Source: a bacterium (GTDB lineage Bacteria; Patescibacteriota; Minisyncoccia; UBA6257; GWB1-50-10). Taken from it: 36,638 nucleotides of DNA. Position 1 is the stretch's first letter. Every line of letters starts with the position of its first letter. Both the position numbers and the translations under genes were made by a program. The DNA is taken from positions 1 to 36,638 of the forward strand of contig JAKAGX010000002.1 of NCBI GenBank assembly GCA_021825465.1. The letters run 5' to 3'. The notes under the pieces are model-generated. The model made no database searches, was not told where the DNA came from, and worked only from the letters and a program-made list of their open reading frames with translations. Positions 23,549-32,833 of the stretch are shown piece by piece.

Positions 23549-24872
23549 TCACACCCATGATGATACCGAGGGTTAACCAAAACATCAACTGGCCGGACTC
23601 CAAATCCCAAAAAAAGTGGTCCACCATCCCAAAAGCAAGCCACGAAACGCCGAGAACGAGCGGAAAGAAAAGATCTAAACCCTGCTCGCTCTTCCGCTCT
23701 TTCCAAAACTCTTTTGCTGCGGGCCAAAAAACACTCCACAGAAACCCGACAAACAAAGCGAGCCCAACGAGACCCGTTTCCGATGCAATAAGGAGATAGA
23801 GATTGTGCGCCGGCTGCCATTGCCAACTCGAATGCATGCCTTGGCCTTGATACAATCCCGCCGTAAGGCCGGCAAGAACTTCGTTGCCGACACCGACGCC
23901 GAAAATCGGATGCGATCGGATGAGATCGAACGCTATCAGTCCGTAATCGACCCGATATGTCACCGAGGGTTCGGTAAGAGAAACGCTGTCCCGCGCCGTG
24001 GCAAGCCCCCTGAAACCGAACGCGGAAAAGACGACGAAAAGGAGGAGGATGCCGATCAAAAAGAGCGACCGCCGCCTCAAAAAAGCCTCGGAAAGCCCGT
24101 AGACGATCGTCGTCCCAACGGCGAAAACAAAAACGGCAAGCCCCGACCGGGAAAAAGTAAGGAGGATTGCCGAAAGAATGAGAAAAAGAGCGGCGACGAT
24201 CCCGAGCCTTTTCAACGCATCCCGCTTCTCATCGCCAGTCCTCGAAAAAACAAAGAGGAGTGCGACAAATCCAAAAACCAAGAATCCCGCAAGAATGTTC
24301 GCATGCGGCATCGTGCCGTAGATCCGCAAAAAATCGCCGAAGGCGGTCGAGGCCCGCGCAACTCCTTCCGTCATGGGGCCGAGAACGGATTCGCCGAGAA
24401 TGCGAAGGCCCACGCTCGCTTGATCCCTGAATTGCAGAAGGCCGACGACGGCTTCGGCGACGGCGGAACACCCAAGAACCAAGAAAGTATTTTTCAAGTT
24501 TAAAAAACCGTCGCTCATCATGCGGGCAATGATAAGAGCGAAAAGAGCGAAAAGAGCGAGATGAAAAAACGCATAAACGGCCAAACCAAGACTCAAGGAG
24601 AAAAAGACGGAAACAAGGGCGGCAGCGAGGAACGACAGAAGCCACCACGCCCGCCGATCGAGCGATATTTTCCTCAAATTCAGGACGACAAAAAACAAAA
24701 CAATGATATCAAGGCCGTACAGGAAGAATGAACCGTAGGAAATCGGGATCTTGAACGGCTCGGGAAAGGAAGTGATAAACTTTTTGGTTCCGATTGGAAC
24801 CAAAAAAACCAAGAGATAAAACAGCAACTTGTTCAGCGAATTTTTCATTCGTTTTAAGAATACCAGATCCAT
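23505..24872 (-). CDS. O-antigen ligase-like (Wzy_C family) polytopic membrane protein
   Basis: 455 aa with many TM helices. The motif region is FSRSGLAVFVF ... PAHNLYLLIASETGLVGLALF. The last ~14 codons read through the 5' half of tRNA-Arg. Confidence 0.75.
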   Translation of the reverse strand: MDLVFLKRMKNSLNKLLFYLLVFLVPIGTKKFITSFPEPFKIPISYGSFFLYGLDIIVLFFVVLNLRKISLDRRAWWLLSFLAAALVSVFFSLSLGLAVYAFFHLALFALFALIIARMMSDGFLNLKNTFLVLGCSAVAEAVVGLLQFRDQASVGLRILGESVLGPMTEGVARASTAFGDFLRIYGTMPHANILAGFLVFGFVALLFVFSRTGDEKRDALKRLGIVAALFLILSAILLTFSRSGLAVFVFAVGTTIVYGLSEAFLRRRSLFLIGILLLFVVFSAFGFRGLATARDSVSLTEPSVTYRVDYGLIAFDLIRSHPIFGVGVGNEVLAGLTAGLYQGQGMHSSWQWQPAHNLYLLIASETGLVGLALFVGFLWSVFWPAAKEFWKERKSEQGLDLFFPLVLGVSWLAFGMVDHFFWDLESGQLMFWLTLGIIMGVSAHSSTDRAYPSEG

Positions 24873-24877
24873 CGGCC

Positions 24878-25147
24878 TTACATCACGTACACCCGGTCAC
24901 CTTCTCGGACCTTGTCTTTTACCTTGATGCCTATTTCATCCCCCGGTCCGGCCTCGCGCACGGATTCATGCTCGATCTGGATGGATTGCACAACGTCGTC
25001 GAAATCGGTCGTCGCGCCGACGAATCGCACGGTATCGCCGACCTTGACCGGCTTTACGAGCTTCATGGCGGCAACGCCGACATGGCCAAAGTAATGCGTT
25101 ACGATACCGACCATGACGGCCTTTCCGGCATCTTGGGAATTTGGCAT
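24878..25147 (-). CDS. small EF-Tu domain-2-like beta-barrel protein
   Basis: 89 aa. The segments VGDTVRFVG... and GDEIGIKVKDKVREGDRVY resemble the translation-factor domain II barrel. Confidence 0.55.
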   Translation of the reverse strand: MPNSQDAGKAVMVGIVTHYFGHVGVAAMKLVKPVKVGDTVRFVGATTDFDDVVQSIQIEHESVREAGPGDEIGIKVKDKVREGDRVYVM

Positions 25148-25185
25148 AGCATTTTCGCCTTTCTTACCCGACCTTTCCCGATAAC

Positions 25186-25839
25186 TTAAAGAATTTTTCC
25201 GTGAATGCCGTCTCTCTTCTCTTCAATCTCAACCAACTTCATCACTTGATCCAAAAGTTTCGAGGGGTCGTTCGAAAAAACGACATTCGACGATCCGCGG
25301 TGGGCCTTTTCGAGGATTTCCCGGAGCATGTCGGCCGTTCCGCCGGTACCTTCCAAAACGCCGATCGGCTTATGATCTTCAAAGCCAATGGTAAATTCAT
25401 TCAGGGTCCCCATCCTGCCGCAAATGGTGATGATGGCATCGGCCGATCTCGTCAAGAGCAAATTCCGCCCCGAGTAATCAAAGCCGGTATAGACAATAAG
25501 GTCGTGATAATCGAGCGGTAAATGGTACGTCTTCACGTGGGCAAGCTTTGAAACCGCCGGCGAAAGTCCAATCACGATGCCGCCGGCTTCCTTCGCGCCT
25601 TTTGCCGCCCAGTACGGCATTCCCGTCGTTGCACCCGTCACGAGGATCAAATCGCGTTTCGCGATCTCCCGGCCGATGGCCTCGGCCTTCTCAAATGAAT
25701 CTTTCGAACAGTGTCCGGTTTCAGCGGCGCCGGAAACGCAAATTTTATATTTCAAATGATAGGTATGGTTGTGATTTTCGAATCTTCCCAATCCATCCTT
25801 TTTCCCTTGTTCTTTTTCCTTCGATTTTTTGATAGGCAT
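25186..25839 (-). CDS. TIGR00725 / LOG (SLOG)-family Rossmann-fold protein
   Basis: The track ORF is trimmed to Met40 (ATG 25839), which avoids overlap with the upstream gene ending at 25847. Motifs: ICVSGAA, LVTGATTGMPYWAAKGAKEAGG and ICGRMGTLNEF. Confidence 0.7.
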   Translation of the reverse strand: MPIKKSKEKEQGKKDGLGRFENHNHTYHLKYKICVSGAAETGHCSKDSFEKAEAIGREIAKRDLILVTGATTGMPYWAAKGAKEAGGIVIGLSPAVSKLAHVKTYHLPLDYHDLIVYTGFDYSGRNLLLTRSADAIITICGRMGTLNEFTIGFEDHKPIGVLEGTGGTADMLREILEKAHRGSSNVVFSNDPSKLLDQVMKLVEIEEKRDGIHGKIL

Positions 25840-25846
25840 ACTCGAA

Positions 25847-27202
25847 TTATAACAGCACCGAATCCCCCCGTGAAGGAGCGAGGACGTCGAGGGAAAATTT
25901 TTCCTTGATCCTTTCCGCAAGGACGTCGGAAGCATTCCCGTCGCCTTGGACCACAAAGACCTTTTTCACACCCTTCCCCAACCGAAAAACCCAATCGAGG
26001 AGCTGACTTTGGTCGGCGTGAGCCGAATAACCGCTGATCGAAAGGATCGTCGCCTTTACCTCGACGGCTTGGCCGAGGATCTCGACGCGGCGTTCTCCAT
26101 CCAAAAGCCTCCGCCCCAAGGAATTCACCGATTGATACCCGACAATAAGGAGTGTGCTCCGAGGATCGGAAAGATAACGGACCTCATGGTGTAAAATCCT
26201 TCCGCCGTTCGACATCCCGGCGCCAGCTATCACGATCTTGGGCGGCTGGACATCGTTGATCTTTTTCGACTCTTCTTTCGTAAGCGTCGTCGTAAGGCCG
26301 GGAAAATCAAAAATATTTCCGCCCGACCGCACCACATCAATGAAGCCTTCGTTGAAATACAACGGGTTTTGGGAATACTTCCGATAGACATCCGTAAGCT
26401 TAATGGCAAGAGGGCTGTCGACGAAAACCGGCACGGCGGGGATTTCTTTCTTCTCGACCATGTCATTCAACTCGAAGAGCATCTCTTGGGTCCGCTCGAG
26501 AGCGAAGGCAGGGATCATAAGGACGCCTCCTCGGCGGACGGCACCTTGAACATCCTCCCGCAATATCTCCTTCCGCTTATCTAAATCCTCATGGATCCGG
26601 TCGCCGTATGCGGACTCCACAAGCGCATAATCGGCATCCATCGGATACTCCGTCCCCGTAATAAGGGGTGACGGATTGTTCCCGAGGTCGCCGGAAAAGA
26701 CGATCTTTTTCCCCTCAACCGACACCACAAGCGAAGACGAACCTAAAATGTGGCCCGCATTGAAAAATTCCACTGAAAACGGCCCGACCGCAACCGTCTT
26801 ATGATATGCAAATCCTTGCCACAGGCCGAGCGTCCGATCGATATCATCATCGTCGTAGAGCGGCCGATGGCCTCCTTTTGCCGCTTCTTCACCGAACAAA
26901 TGCGCCGTATCTTCAAGCATGGGCAAAGCAAAATCCTTGGTCGGCTCCGTTGAATAAATTGCCCCGCGAAAACCATCCTTCACAAGCTTAGGAAGGCGAC
27001 CGATGTGATCGATGTGGGCATGCGTCACAAAAACCGCCTGCACCTCGCGCGGATCATACGGGAACTGCTCATAATTCAAATCTTCGCAAAAGCTTTCCCC
27101 CTGATTCAATCCGCAATCGACGAGGATCTTTGTATCACCGGATTCCAAAAGATAATTGGAACCGGTGACGATCTTGGCCCCGCCGCAAAAAGTAAGCTTC
27201 AT
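25847..27202 (-). CDS. beta-CASP family MBL-fold hydrolase (CPSF/RNA-metabolising type)
   Basis: MKLTFCGGAKIVTGSNYLL, VTHAHIDHIGRLPKL and a C-terminal beta-CASP/RMMBL-like region ISGYSAHADQ. Start ATG 27202 is chosen because the track start 27250 overlaps the upstream gene. Confidence 0.8.
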   Translation of the reverse strand: MKLTFCGGAKIVTGSNYLLESGDTKILVDCGLNQGESFCEDLNYEQFPYDPREVQAVFVTHAHIDHIGRLPKLVKDGFRGAIYSTEPTKDFALPMLEDTAHLFGEEAAKGGHRPLYDDDDIDRTLGLWQGFAYHKTVAVGPFSVEFFNAGHILGSSSLVVSVEGKKIVFSGDLGNNPSPLITGTEYPMDADYALVESAYGDRIHEDLDKRKEILREDVQGAVRRGGVLMIPAFALERTQEMLFELNDMVEKKEIPAVPVFVDSPLAIKLTDVYRKYSQNPLYFNEGFIDVVRSGGNIFDFPGLTTTLTKEESKKINDVQPPKIVIAGAGMSNGGRILHHEVRYLSDPRSTLLIVGYQSVNSLGRRLLDGERRVEILGQAVEVKATILSISGYSAHADQSQLLDWVFRLGKGVKKVFVVQGDGNASDVLAERIKEKFSLDVLAPSRGDSVLL

Positions 27203-27209
27203 CCCGCCA

Positions 27210-28493
27210 TTATACCCCGCTTTGCTCGTTCGCAAAACGTTCGGCGACAAGCTCTTTTACAATTTCCCTCTCATTCCACGGAATCGTCCTCTTTTTTGCA
27301 ATATGAATAGAAGACTCGCTTCCCTTTCCGGTTGCAACGACAACGTCCCCCGGCAAAGCCCCATAGAGAGCCTTCCGGAGAGCTTCACGGCGATCGAGGA
27401 CCTTCCAGTAGTTCTTTGAAATTTGGAACTTGGAATTTGGGATTTGCAAAAGTCCGGCCTCTATCTCATGTATGATGGCTTCCGGGTCTTCGTCGTAAGG
27501 ATCTTCGTCGGTCAAAATAACTTCGTCGCAAAATTTTGCGGCGATGCCGCCCATAACCTTCCGCTTCCATTTATCCCGCCCGCCGCCGGCGGAACCAAGA
27601 ACACAGATCAATTTTCCACCGGATTCTTCAGCGAACGAGCTTTGCGCAGCCGAATAAATCTTCTCGAGCGAGTCCGGAGTGTGGGCATAATCGACGATCG
27701 CCGCGAACGGTTCCTTCACCACAAGATCAAACCGCCCCGGCGTTCCGGTGAATTCCCGAAAGGCCTTTTGGACCGCCGCAAGCGGCACGCCGCGAACGGT
27801 CGCAAACCGGAGGGCGGCAGCAGCATTTAAAATGTTGAAATCGGGCATAAGCCAATCGGCGATCGCCCGGCGGCCGGAAGCAGTCTTAAGATCCCATCCC
27901 CACGACTCCGCTTCACGGACGAAATATTGCCTGTCAAACGGGAAGATTTCGGCATCGGGAGCGCCTTCGACGGCGCGGATGAAATAATCCTTGTTTTCAT
28001 CTTCGGCGTTCACAAAAAACTGCTTTGGCCTTTTGCGTGACCGAAGGACATCTTGAAAAAATCTGACCTTGGCCGCCCGATAATTCTCGAACGAACCGTG
28101 CGATTCGATATGTTCGGGAGAAAGGTTCATAAAAAATGCCGCATCCCAATCGATGAACCGATCGCGCCACTGAACGACGCCCTGTGAAGTGACTTCCACA
28201 AAGGCATATTCGGCACCCGCGCGGACCGCATCCCTCAAGAAGCGCTGAATAAAAAACCTACCCGGCATGGTATTGCCCGAGACCTTTTTTGTCTCAGAGC
28301 CGACGATCCGCCGCTTCACGGAAGAAAGAAGGGCTGTTTTTTTTCCAGCCGATTCCAGAATGGCATTCAAAAGTTCGAGTGTGCTCGATTTTCCCTTTGT
28401 GCCGGTAACGCCGATGACCGTGAGATGCCGGCTCGGCCGGCCGTATATGACATTTCCGAGAAACGCCAGCAAAAAATGATAAATTTTCCTCAT
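27210..28493 (-). CDS. murE: Mur ligase family protein (MurE-like UDP-MurNAc-tripeptide synthetase, short N-terminus)
   Basis: 427 aa. The P-loop is VIGVTGTKGKSST. Also present: NLSPEHIESHGS, DYAHTPDSLEK and a C-terminal Mur ligase domain. Confidence 0.75.
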   Translation of the reverse strand: MRKIYHFLLAFLGNVIYGRPSRHLTVIGVTGTKGKSSTLELLNAILESAGKKTALLSSVKRRIVGSETKKVSGNTMPGRFFIQRFLRDAVRAGAEYAFVEVTSQGVVQWRDRFIDWDAAFFMNLSPEHIESHGSFENYRAAKVRFFQDVLRSRKRPKQFFVNAEDENKDYFIRAVEGAPDAEIFPFDRQYFVREAESWGWDLKTASGRRAIADWLMPDFNILNAAAALRFATVRGVPLAAVQKAFREFTGTPGRFDLVVKEPFAAIVDYAHTPDSLEKIYSAAQSSFAEESGGKLICVLGSAGGGRDKWKRKVMGGIAAKFCDEVILTDEDPYDEDPEAIIHEIEAGLLQIPNSKFQISKNYWKVLDRREALRKALYGALPGDVVVATGKGSESSIHIAKKRTIPWNEREIVKELVAERFANEQSGV

Positions 28494-29080
28494 TTTTTTT
28501 CACCCAACACCTTCAGGGCCCCCCGGAGCTTTTCTTCAACGCCCGCATTGGGAACGTCGTTCATCGCGGAAAGCACCCCTTTTACCGTACGCCGGTCATA
28601 TCCCAATCCTACGAGGGCATCTTCAACCTCGACGTTCACTTCGGTCGCCTTATCGAGCCCCTTCACCTCAGAAACGTTGATCTTATTCTGAAGTTCCAAG
28701 ATGATCCGTTCCGCGGTCTTCTTTCCAATGCCCGGGGCGCGCGACAAGACGTCGGCTTTTTTACCGACAATCGCCGCCATGACATTGGGGAACGAGTCCA
28801 GATCAAGAATGAGAAGCGCCGTCCGGGGGCCGACGCCGGAGACCGTGATGAGCATCTCGAAAAATTTCAGCTCCCCTTCGTTGAGAAAACCGTAAAGCTC
28901 CAGCGCGTCCTCTTTGACGTGGAGGTGCGAGTAGACAAAGACTTCTTCGCCCCTCGGCGGGAGCTTGTACAACGTTTCAGCATTGGAGGATACCTTGAAC
29001 CCGACGCCGCCGACGTCAATGACAAAGAAATTTTCCTTCTTTTCGACAATCTTTCCGGAAAGCGAGTATATCATCACCAA
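28490..29080 (-). CDS. ruvA: Holliday junction branch migration complex subunit RuvA
   Basis: 196 aa. The N-terminal OB fold begins IYSLSGKIVEKKENFFVIDVGGVGFKV. The HhH motifs are VSGVGPRTA and APGIGKKTAERI. Confidence 0.88.
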   Translation of the reverse strand: MVMIYSLSGKIVEKKENFFVIDVGGVGFKVSSNAETLYKLPPRGEEVFVYSHLHVKEDALELYGFLNEGELKFFEMLITVSGVGPRTALLILDLDSFPNVMAAIVGKKADVLSRAPGIGKKTAERIILELQNKINVSEVKGLDKATEVNVEVEDALVGLGYDRRTVKGVLSAMNDVPNAGVEEKLRGALKVLGEKK

Positions 29081-29131
29081 TCATTATACCTTCCGGAAAC
29101 AGATACTGGATAGTGGATACCGAATATTTTA

Positions 29132-29160
29132 TTGACATATCCCCCCGCAAAAGGTACTAT
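29132..29160 (+). promoter_or_regulatory. sigma-70-type promoter of rpsT
   Basis: TTGACA (29132-29137), a 17-nt spacer, then TACTAT (29155-29160). The ATG lies 12 nt downstream of the -10. Confidence 0.55.
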
Positions 29161-29172
29161 ATATCTACTTAT

Positions 29173-29448
29173 ATGCCTATCACGAAATCAGCAAAAAAGG
29201 CGCTCCGAAAAAGCTCCCGAAGGCGCGAAATGAACCTCGGAAGAAAGAAAAAAATGAGATCCGAGATCAACGCTTTCAAAAAGCTCGTCGACGCCGGAAA
29301 ATTTGACGAAGCAAAGAAGGCTCTCCCGACCGTCTATCAAGCCCTCGATAAAATGTCCAAGGTTAAATTCATCAAAAAGGGGAGGGCAAATCGGCTGAAA
29401 TCGAGGCTTTCCAAAAAACTCAATTCAGCTCAAAACAAAGTCAAGTAA
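29173..29448 (+). CDS. rpsT: 30S ribosomal protein S20
   Basis: MPITKSAKKALRKSSRRREMNLGRKKKMRS... is a typical S20 N-terminus. The track ORF uses an upstream GTG at 29113 that lies across the promoter. Confidence 0.88.
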   Translation: MPITKSAKKALRKSSRRREMNLGRKKKMRSEINAFKKLVDAGKFDEAKKALPTVYQALDKMSKVKFIKKGRANRLKSRLSKKLNSAQNKVK

Positions 29449-30228
29449 CGCTTCCGGGAGGTCCAATTTCCCGCTTTTCACCGAAACATCGTACGTCGCA
29501 AGGCGTGCGATTTCTTTTCCGGCTGCCTGGAGCGCCAGCGAATTGAAGATATGGCCGGAGTCGGCGCCTTCCAAAAACAGCTTTTCAAGAAAGACGATCT
29601 TTTCCGTCCATCGTCCCGCCCCAATGATCCTCCGCGAAAGCGTCCACACCTCGTCGAAGTTCGGAAACGAAGAAATCTTGTTCAAATCCTCCAAGGAGAC
29701 GGTCTTTTTGCCGAGAAATCCGGCTTTTTCTATTTCGCTCGCCGCAATCCAACTCCTCCCTTCTTTTTTGCCGGCCAAGTAATCGAGGAAAAACGAAAGG
29801 GCGTCGGGGGAAAAAGAAAACCCTCTCTTTTCCGTCTCATCCGACACGAACGAAGAAAGGCTTCGCCCCGCGAGTTCCTCGAACTCGTAGGACGTGACGG
29901 GTTTTTCAAGAAGAAAGCCGAACGCCTTCAGCGGCTTTCCCCGATCCAAAACAAAAAGATGAACCGAAGGATCGGCAGCCTCTTCTTTTAAAAATTTTAT
30001 CCATTCCTTGTCCGCAAGCGACCCGCCTTCTTCCACGGTCGCGATCTTCAATCCGCCGAAGATCGATTGTTGCCGGCAAAAATCCTTTACCCCCCTCCAC
30101 GCATCGGGATTTTCTTCCACGTCGGCATCCATCCGTTCGCTTATTTCCCCTTCTTCAAGACGACCAATGAGTTCCGCAAATTTCGCGTTTCGCCGCAGTG
30201 AATCGGGGCCGAATAAATATGTGATCAT
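29425..30228 (-). CDS. holA: DNA polymerase III delta subunit-like protein
   Basis: The N-terminus is MITYLFGPDSLRR. The length is ~267 aa and the C-terminal helical domain ends KSGKLDLPEALLDFVL. The track start 30252 would overlap the terminator of the upstream gene. The family call is moderate. Confidence 0.6.
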   Translation of the reverse strand: MITYLFGPDSLRRNAKFAELIGRLEEGEISERMDADVEENPDAWRGVKDFCRQQSIFGGLKIATVEEGGSLADKEWIKFLKEEAADPSVHLFVLDRGKPLKAFGFLLEKPVTSYEFEELAGRSLSSFVSDETEKRGFSFSPDALSFFLDYLAGKKEGRSWIAASEIEKAGFLGKKTVSLEDLNKISSFPNFDEVWTLSRRIIGAGRWTEKIVFLEKLFLEGADSGHIFNSLALQAAGKEIARLATYDVSVKSGKLDLPEALLDFVLS

Positions 30229-30250
30229 CTCTTTTTCATAATTGTACAAC

Positions 30251-30285
30251 AAAAAACGGCGTATCCCACAAGGGCAGGATACGCC
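30251..30285 (-). terminator. rho-independent terminator of the lipoprotein gene
   Basis: On the minus strand: GGCGTATCC-TGCCCTTGTG-GGATACGCC followed by GTTTTTT. Confidence 0.75.
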
Positions 30286-30299
30286 GCTCTAAATTGTGC

Positions 30300-30722
30300 T
30301 CACTGGGTGGATGCCCAGAGCCTTCCTTGGCTCAAATGAACCGTCCAGATTCTCGTCGGGGGGTTATAAGAATTTCCCGTAAAGACCTGGGAAACGCTCT
30401 GGTAAGACCCCCGGACTTGGGCCGTGATGGACATCGTGGGATATTGGGTATAATCCCAATAAAAGAACCACGATCCGCCCGGGGGGACATCGTTGGCATA
30501 AAATTCATCCCCCCACCGACCCGCCTGACGAAAGTCGATGGCAACGCCGGTGTTGTTGATGCACCTCACGCCGCCGAACGTGATCGGGAATCCGCCTTTT
30601 TGGATCACCTTCCCCTGCCCCACGTCGACAACGGTCAACTGAAGGGGATAAAAAGCCATGCATCCGCCAAACACTGCCGCGAATGCCAGGACGGCGGCAA
30701 ACATTCCTATTCTCGTTTTCAT
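30300..30722 (-). CDS. hypothetical lipoprotein
   Basis: 140 aa. The signal peptide carries a lipobox-like AAVFGGC. GGAGG lies 7 nt upstream of the ATG. The mature part is predicted beta-rich. Confidence 0.65.
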   Translation of the reverse strand: MKTRIGMFAAVLAFAAVFGGCMAFYPLQLTVVDVGQGKVIQKGGFPITFGGVRCINNTGVAIDFRQAGRWGDEFYANDVPPGGSWFFYWDYTQYPTMSITAQVRGSYQSVSQVFTGNSYNPPTRIWTVHLSQGRLWASTQ

Positions 30723-30867
30723 TTTATACCTCCACCGATCTACATCGGTATTTTATTTCAGAAACTCTGTGTTATTTAAAACTTTATGTGCTGTCTTTAT
30801 GTTGCGATTATACATCTTTTTTGAAAAAACGTCAATAACCGTTACGAATCACCAAAATTACGCTATA

Positions 30868-32544
30868 ATGCAACCAATGCTTCAATCGAAAAAAGACGTG
30901 GAAGAGGCCCTCCAAAGACAGCGGCGCGAAGCGGAGGAAAACGACGCGAAGCGGCGCGCCGCGGAGCGCGGGTTCCCCTACCTCGACCTCATATCGGCGA
31001 AGGCGCCGACTGAAATCCAAGCCATGTCCCTCGTTCCGGAAAACGAGGCGCGGGAAGCGCTTCTCGCACCCCTCCAAATTTCGAGAAAGAAGCTTCGCAT
31101 AGCCGTCTTCGACCCCGAACTCCCAAAAACAAAAGAGCTTCTCGAAAAACTCAAGGAAGCCCATGAGGTTTCCGCGAACGTCTCGTCGATGACGAGCCTT
31201 GCCCACGCGTGGAGCTACTACCGGTACGTGGTCCCCGAAAAAGAGATCACCGGCAAGGTGGACATCAATGAAAAGACGCTGAATGAATTGAGGGAAAAAA
31301 TAAAGAGCTTGGAAAACCTGAACGCGGAACTTGCCGGATTTTCGAGCCCTTACCTTTCACAGGTCCTCGAGATCATTCTCTCGGGAGCGATCGCGCTCGG
31401 CGCTTCCGACATCCACCTCGAACCGACGGAAGAACACGGGACTCTCCGGCTCCGCATCGACGGCCTTCTTCATACCGCGTACGACAAGTTCAACCTCATG
31501 ATGTATCGATCGATCGTCACGAGGATCAAGCTGCTTTCAAGCCTGAAGCTCAATGTTTCGAACGAACCGCAGGATGGACGGTTCACTATCGGCCTTTCCG
31601 ACCGCAACATCGAAATCAGAACCTCCATCATCCCCTCCGACTACGGGGAAACGGTGGTGCTCCGGCTCCTGGACCCGAGAGCGCTCAAGGTCAACCTCGA
31701 GGAATTAGGGTGGCGGCCCGACGATCTCGCGATCGTTTACGATGAAATCAAAAAACCGAACGGCCTCATTTTAAATACCGGCCCGACCGGATCGGGAAAA
31801 ACAACGACGCTCTATGCGTTCCTCCGGAAGGTCTTCAAGCCCGAAATGAAAATCATCACCGTCGAAGATCCGATCGAATACCATCTGCCGGGCATCTCCC
31901 AAACACAAGTTGATGCGGCTGCCGGGTATACGTTCGCTTCCGGCCTCCGATCTATCTTGCGACAAGACCCGAACGTCATCCTGGTCGGCGAGATCAGGGA
32001 CAAAGAAACGGCCGACATCGCCCTCAACGCTTCTTTGACCGGCCACTTGGTCTTTTCAACACTCCACACGAACGATGCCGTCGGCGCCATTCCTCGCCTT
32101 ATCGATCTCGGGGTGCCAACGAACATCTTGGGGCCGTCTCTCAGCCTCATTATCGCGCAGAGGCTTGTACGGGTCCTCTGCAATGCATGCAAAACGGAAG
32201 TCAAACCAGATGAAGCCTTGAAAAACAAAATACAATCGTTTTTAAACGCCGTTCCGAAAAGGGTGGACAGGTCCCCCTACGCGGACTACAAGATCTACGA
32301 AAGCCGCGGGTGCGACCAATGCGGGCACATCGGCTATAAAGGAAGGACGTCGATCTTCGAACTCTTTTCCGTGGACGAATCGGTCGAAGGAGCGATCTAC
32401 AAAAACCCGACCGAAATGGAATTGAAAAAACTCGCGAAGGACAACGGCATGGTCACCATGCAAGAAGACGGCGTTTTGAAGGTGCTGCGCGGCACGACAA
32501 GTTTTTCGGAAGTCGAACGATTGACCGGACCGATCGCGTGGTAG
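30868..32544 (+). CDS. type II/IV secretion system ATPase (PilB/GspE family)
   Basis: The track ORF starts at 30658 inside the divergent promoter region. The homologous N-terminus begins MQPMLQSKKDVEEAL at ATG 30868, with an alternative in-frame ATG at 30877. Walker A is GPTGSGKTT, followed by VEDPIEY, Walker B LVGEIRD, and the tetracysteine motif CNAC...CDQCG. Confidence 0.88.
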   Translation: MQPMLQSKKDVEEALQRQRREAEENDAKRRAAERGFPYLDLISAKAPTEIQAMSLVPENEAREALLAPLQISRKKLRIAVFDPELPKTKELLEKLKEAHEVSANVSSMTSLAHAWSYYRYVVPEKEITGKVDINEKTLNELREKIKSLENLNAELAGFSSPYLSQVLEIILSGAIALGASDIHLEPTEEHGTLRLRIDGLLHTAYDKFNLMMYRSIVTRIKLLSSLKLNVSNEPQDGRFTIGLSDRNIEIRTSIIPSDYGETVVLRLLDPRALKVNLEELGWRPDDLAIVYDEIKKPNGLILNTGPTGSGKTTTLYAFLRKVFKPEMKIITVEDPIEYHLPGISQTQVDAAAGYTFASGLRSILRQDPNVILVGEIRDKETADIALNASLTGHLVFSTLHTNDAVGAIPRLIDLGVPTNILGPSLSLIIAQRLVRVLCNACKTEVKPDEALKNKIQSFLNAVPKRVDRSPYADYKIYESRGCDQCGHIGYKGRTSIFELFSVDESVEGAIYKNPTEMELKKLAKDNGMVTMQEDGVLKVLRGTTSFSEVERLTGPIAW

Positions 32545-32567
32545 ACAAACTCCCGAACGGCGAAATA

Positions 32568-32606
32568 AAATTCCCCGAGCACGTACATGCTCGGGGAATT
32601 TCTTCT
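32568..32606 (+). terminator. rho-independent terminator after the PilB-like gene
   Basis: AATTCCCCGAGCA-CGTACA-TGCTCGGGGAATT followed by a T-rich tract. Confidence 0.7.
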
Positions 32607-32607
32607 C

Positions 32608-32737
32608 GCTGATGAAAGGTCTGTGGGCATAATGCCGTAAGGAGAGGCTTTATTAAGATTCGCTCGAGGAGGTGCCCAGCCGGAACCAAGCAGTCCGAAA
32701 TCTGGAGCAAATCTCCTGCCCACAGGCCTCTCATCAG
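32608..32737. other. structured intergenic element closed by a 21-bp helix (unknown identity)
   Basis: CTGATGAAAGGTCTGTGGGCA (32608-32628) pairs with TGCCCACAGGCCTCTCATCAG (32717-32737) at 19 of 21 positions. Internal hairpins include GGAG-CAAAT-CTCC. Confidence 0.4.
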
Positions 32738-32833
32738 TGACAGGCCCTATATTAGCATAAACGGTTTTAAATGTCAACCCTCGAAGAAACCGGCCCAGTG
32801 GGTGTATAATAAGAGAGAAAATAAGCAGATAAA

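Noticed and set aside
29113-29172. A GTG-initiated extension of S20, and similar upstream extensions of holA (30229-30252), the beta-CASP gene (27203-27250) and the TIGR00725 gene (25840-25956).
   Set aside because: The extensions overlap a promoter, a terminator or the preceding gene. The internal Met in each case restores the canonical family N-terminus and non-overlapping gene spacing.
30658-30867. The upstream 70 codons of the PilB-like ORF (track start 30658).
   Set aside because: The region is the AT-rich divergent promoter shared with the lipoprotein gene and overlaps that gene's start. The translation is hydrophobic junk, and the homologous PilB N-terminal domain starts at MQPMLQSKK.
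32608-32737. A hammerhead ribozyme, because both arms begin with CUGAUGA.
   Set aside because: The motif arises simply because the arms are an inverted repeat. There is no GAAA following a stem II, no appropriately placed cleavage-site triplet, and no three-way junction geometry.
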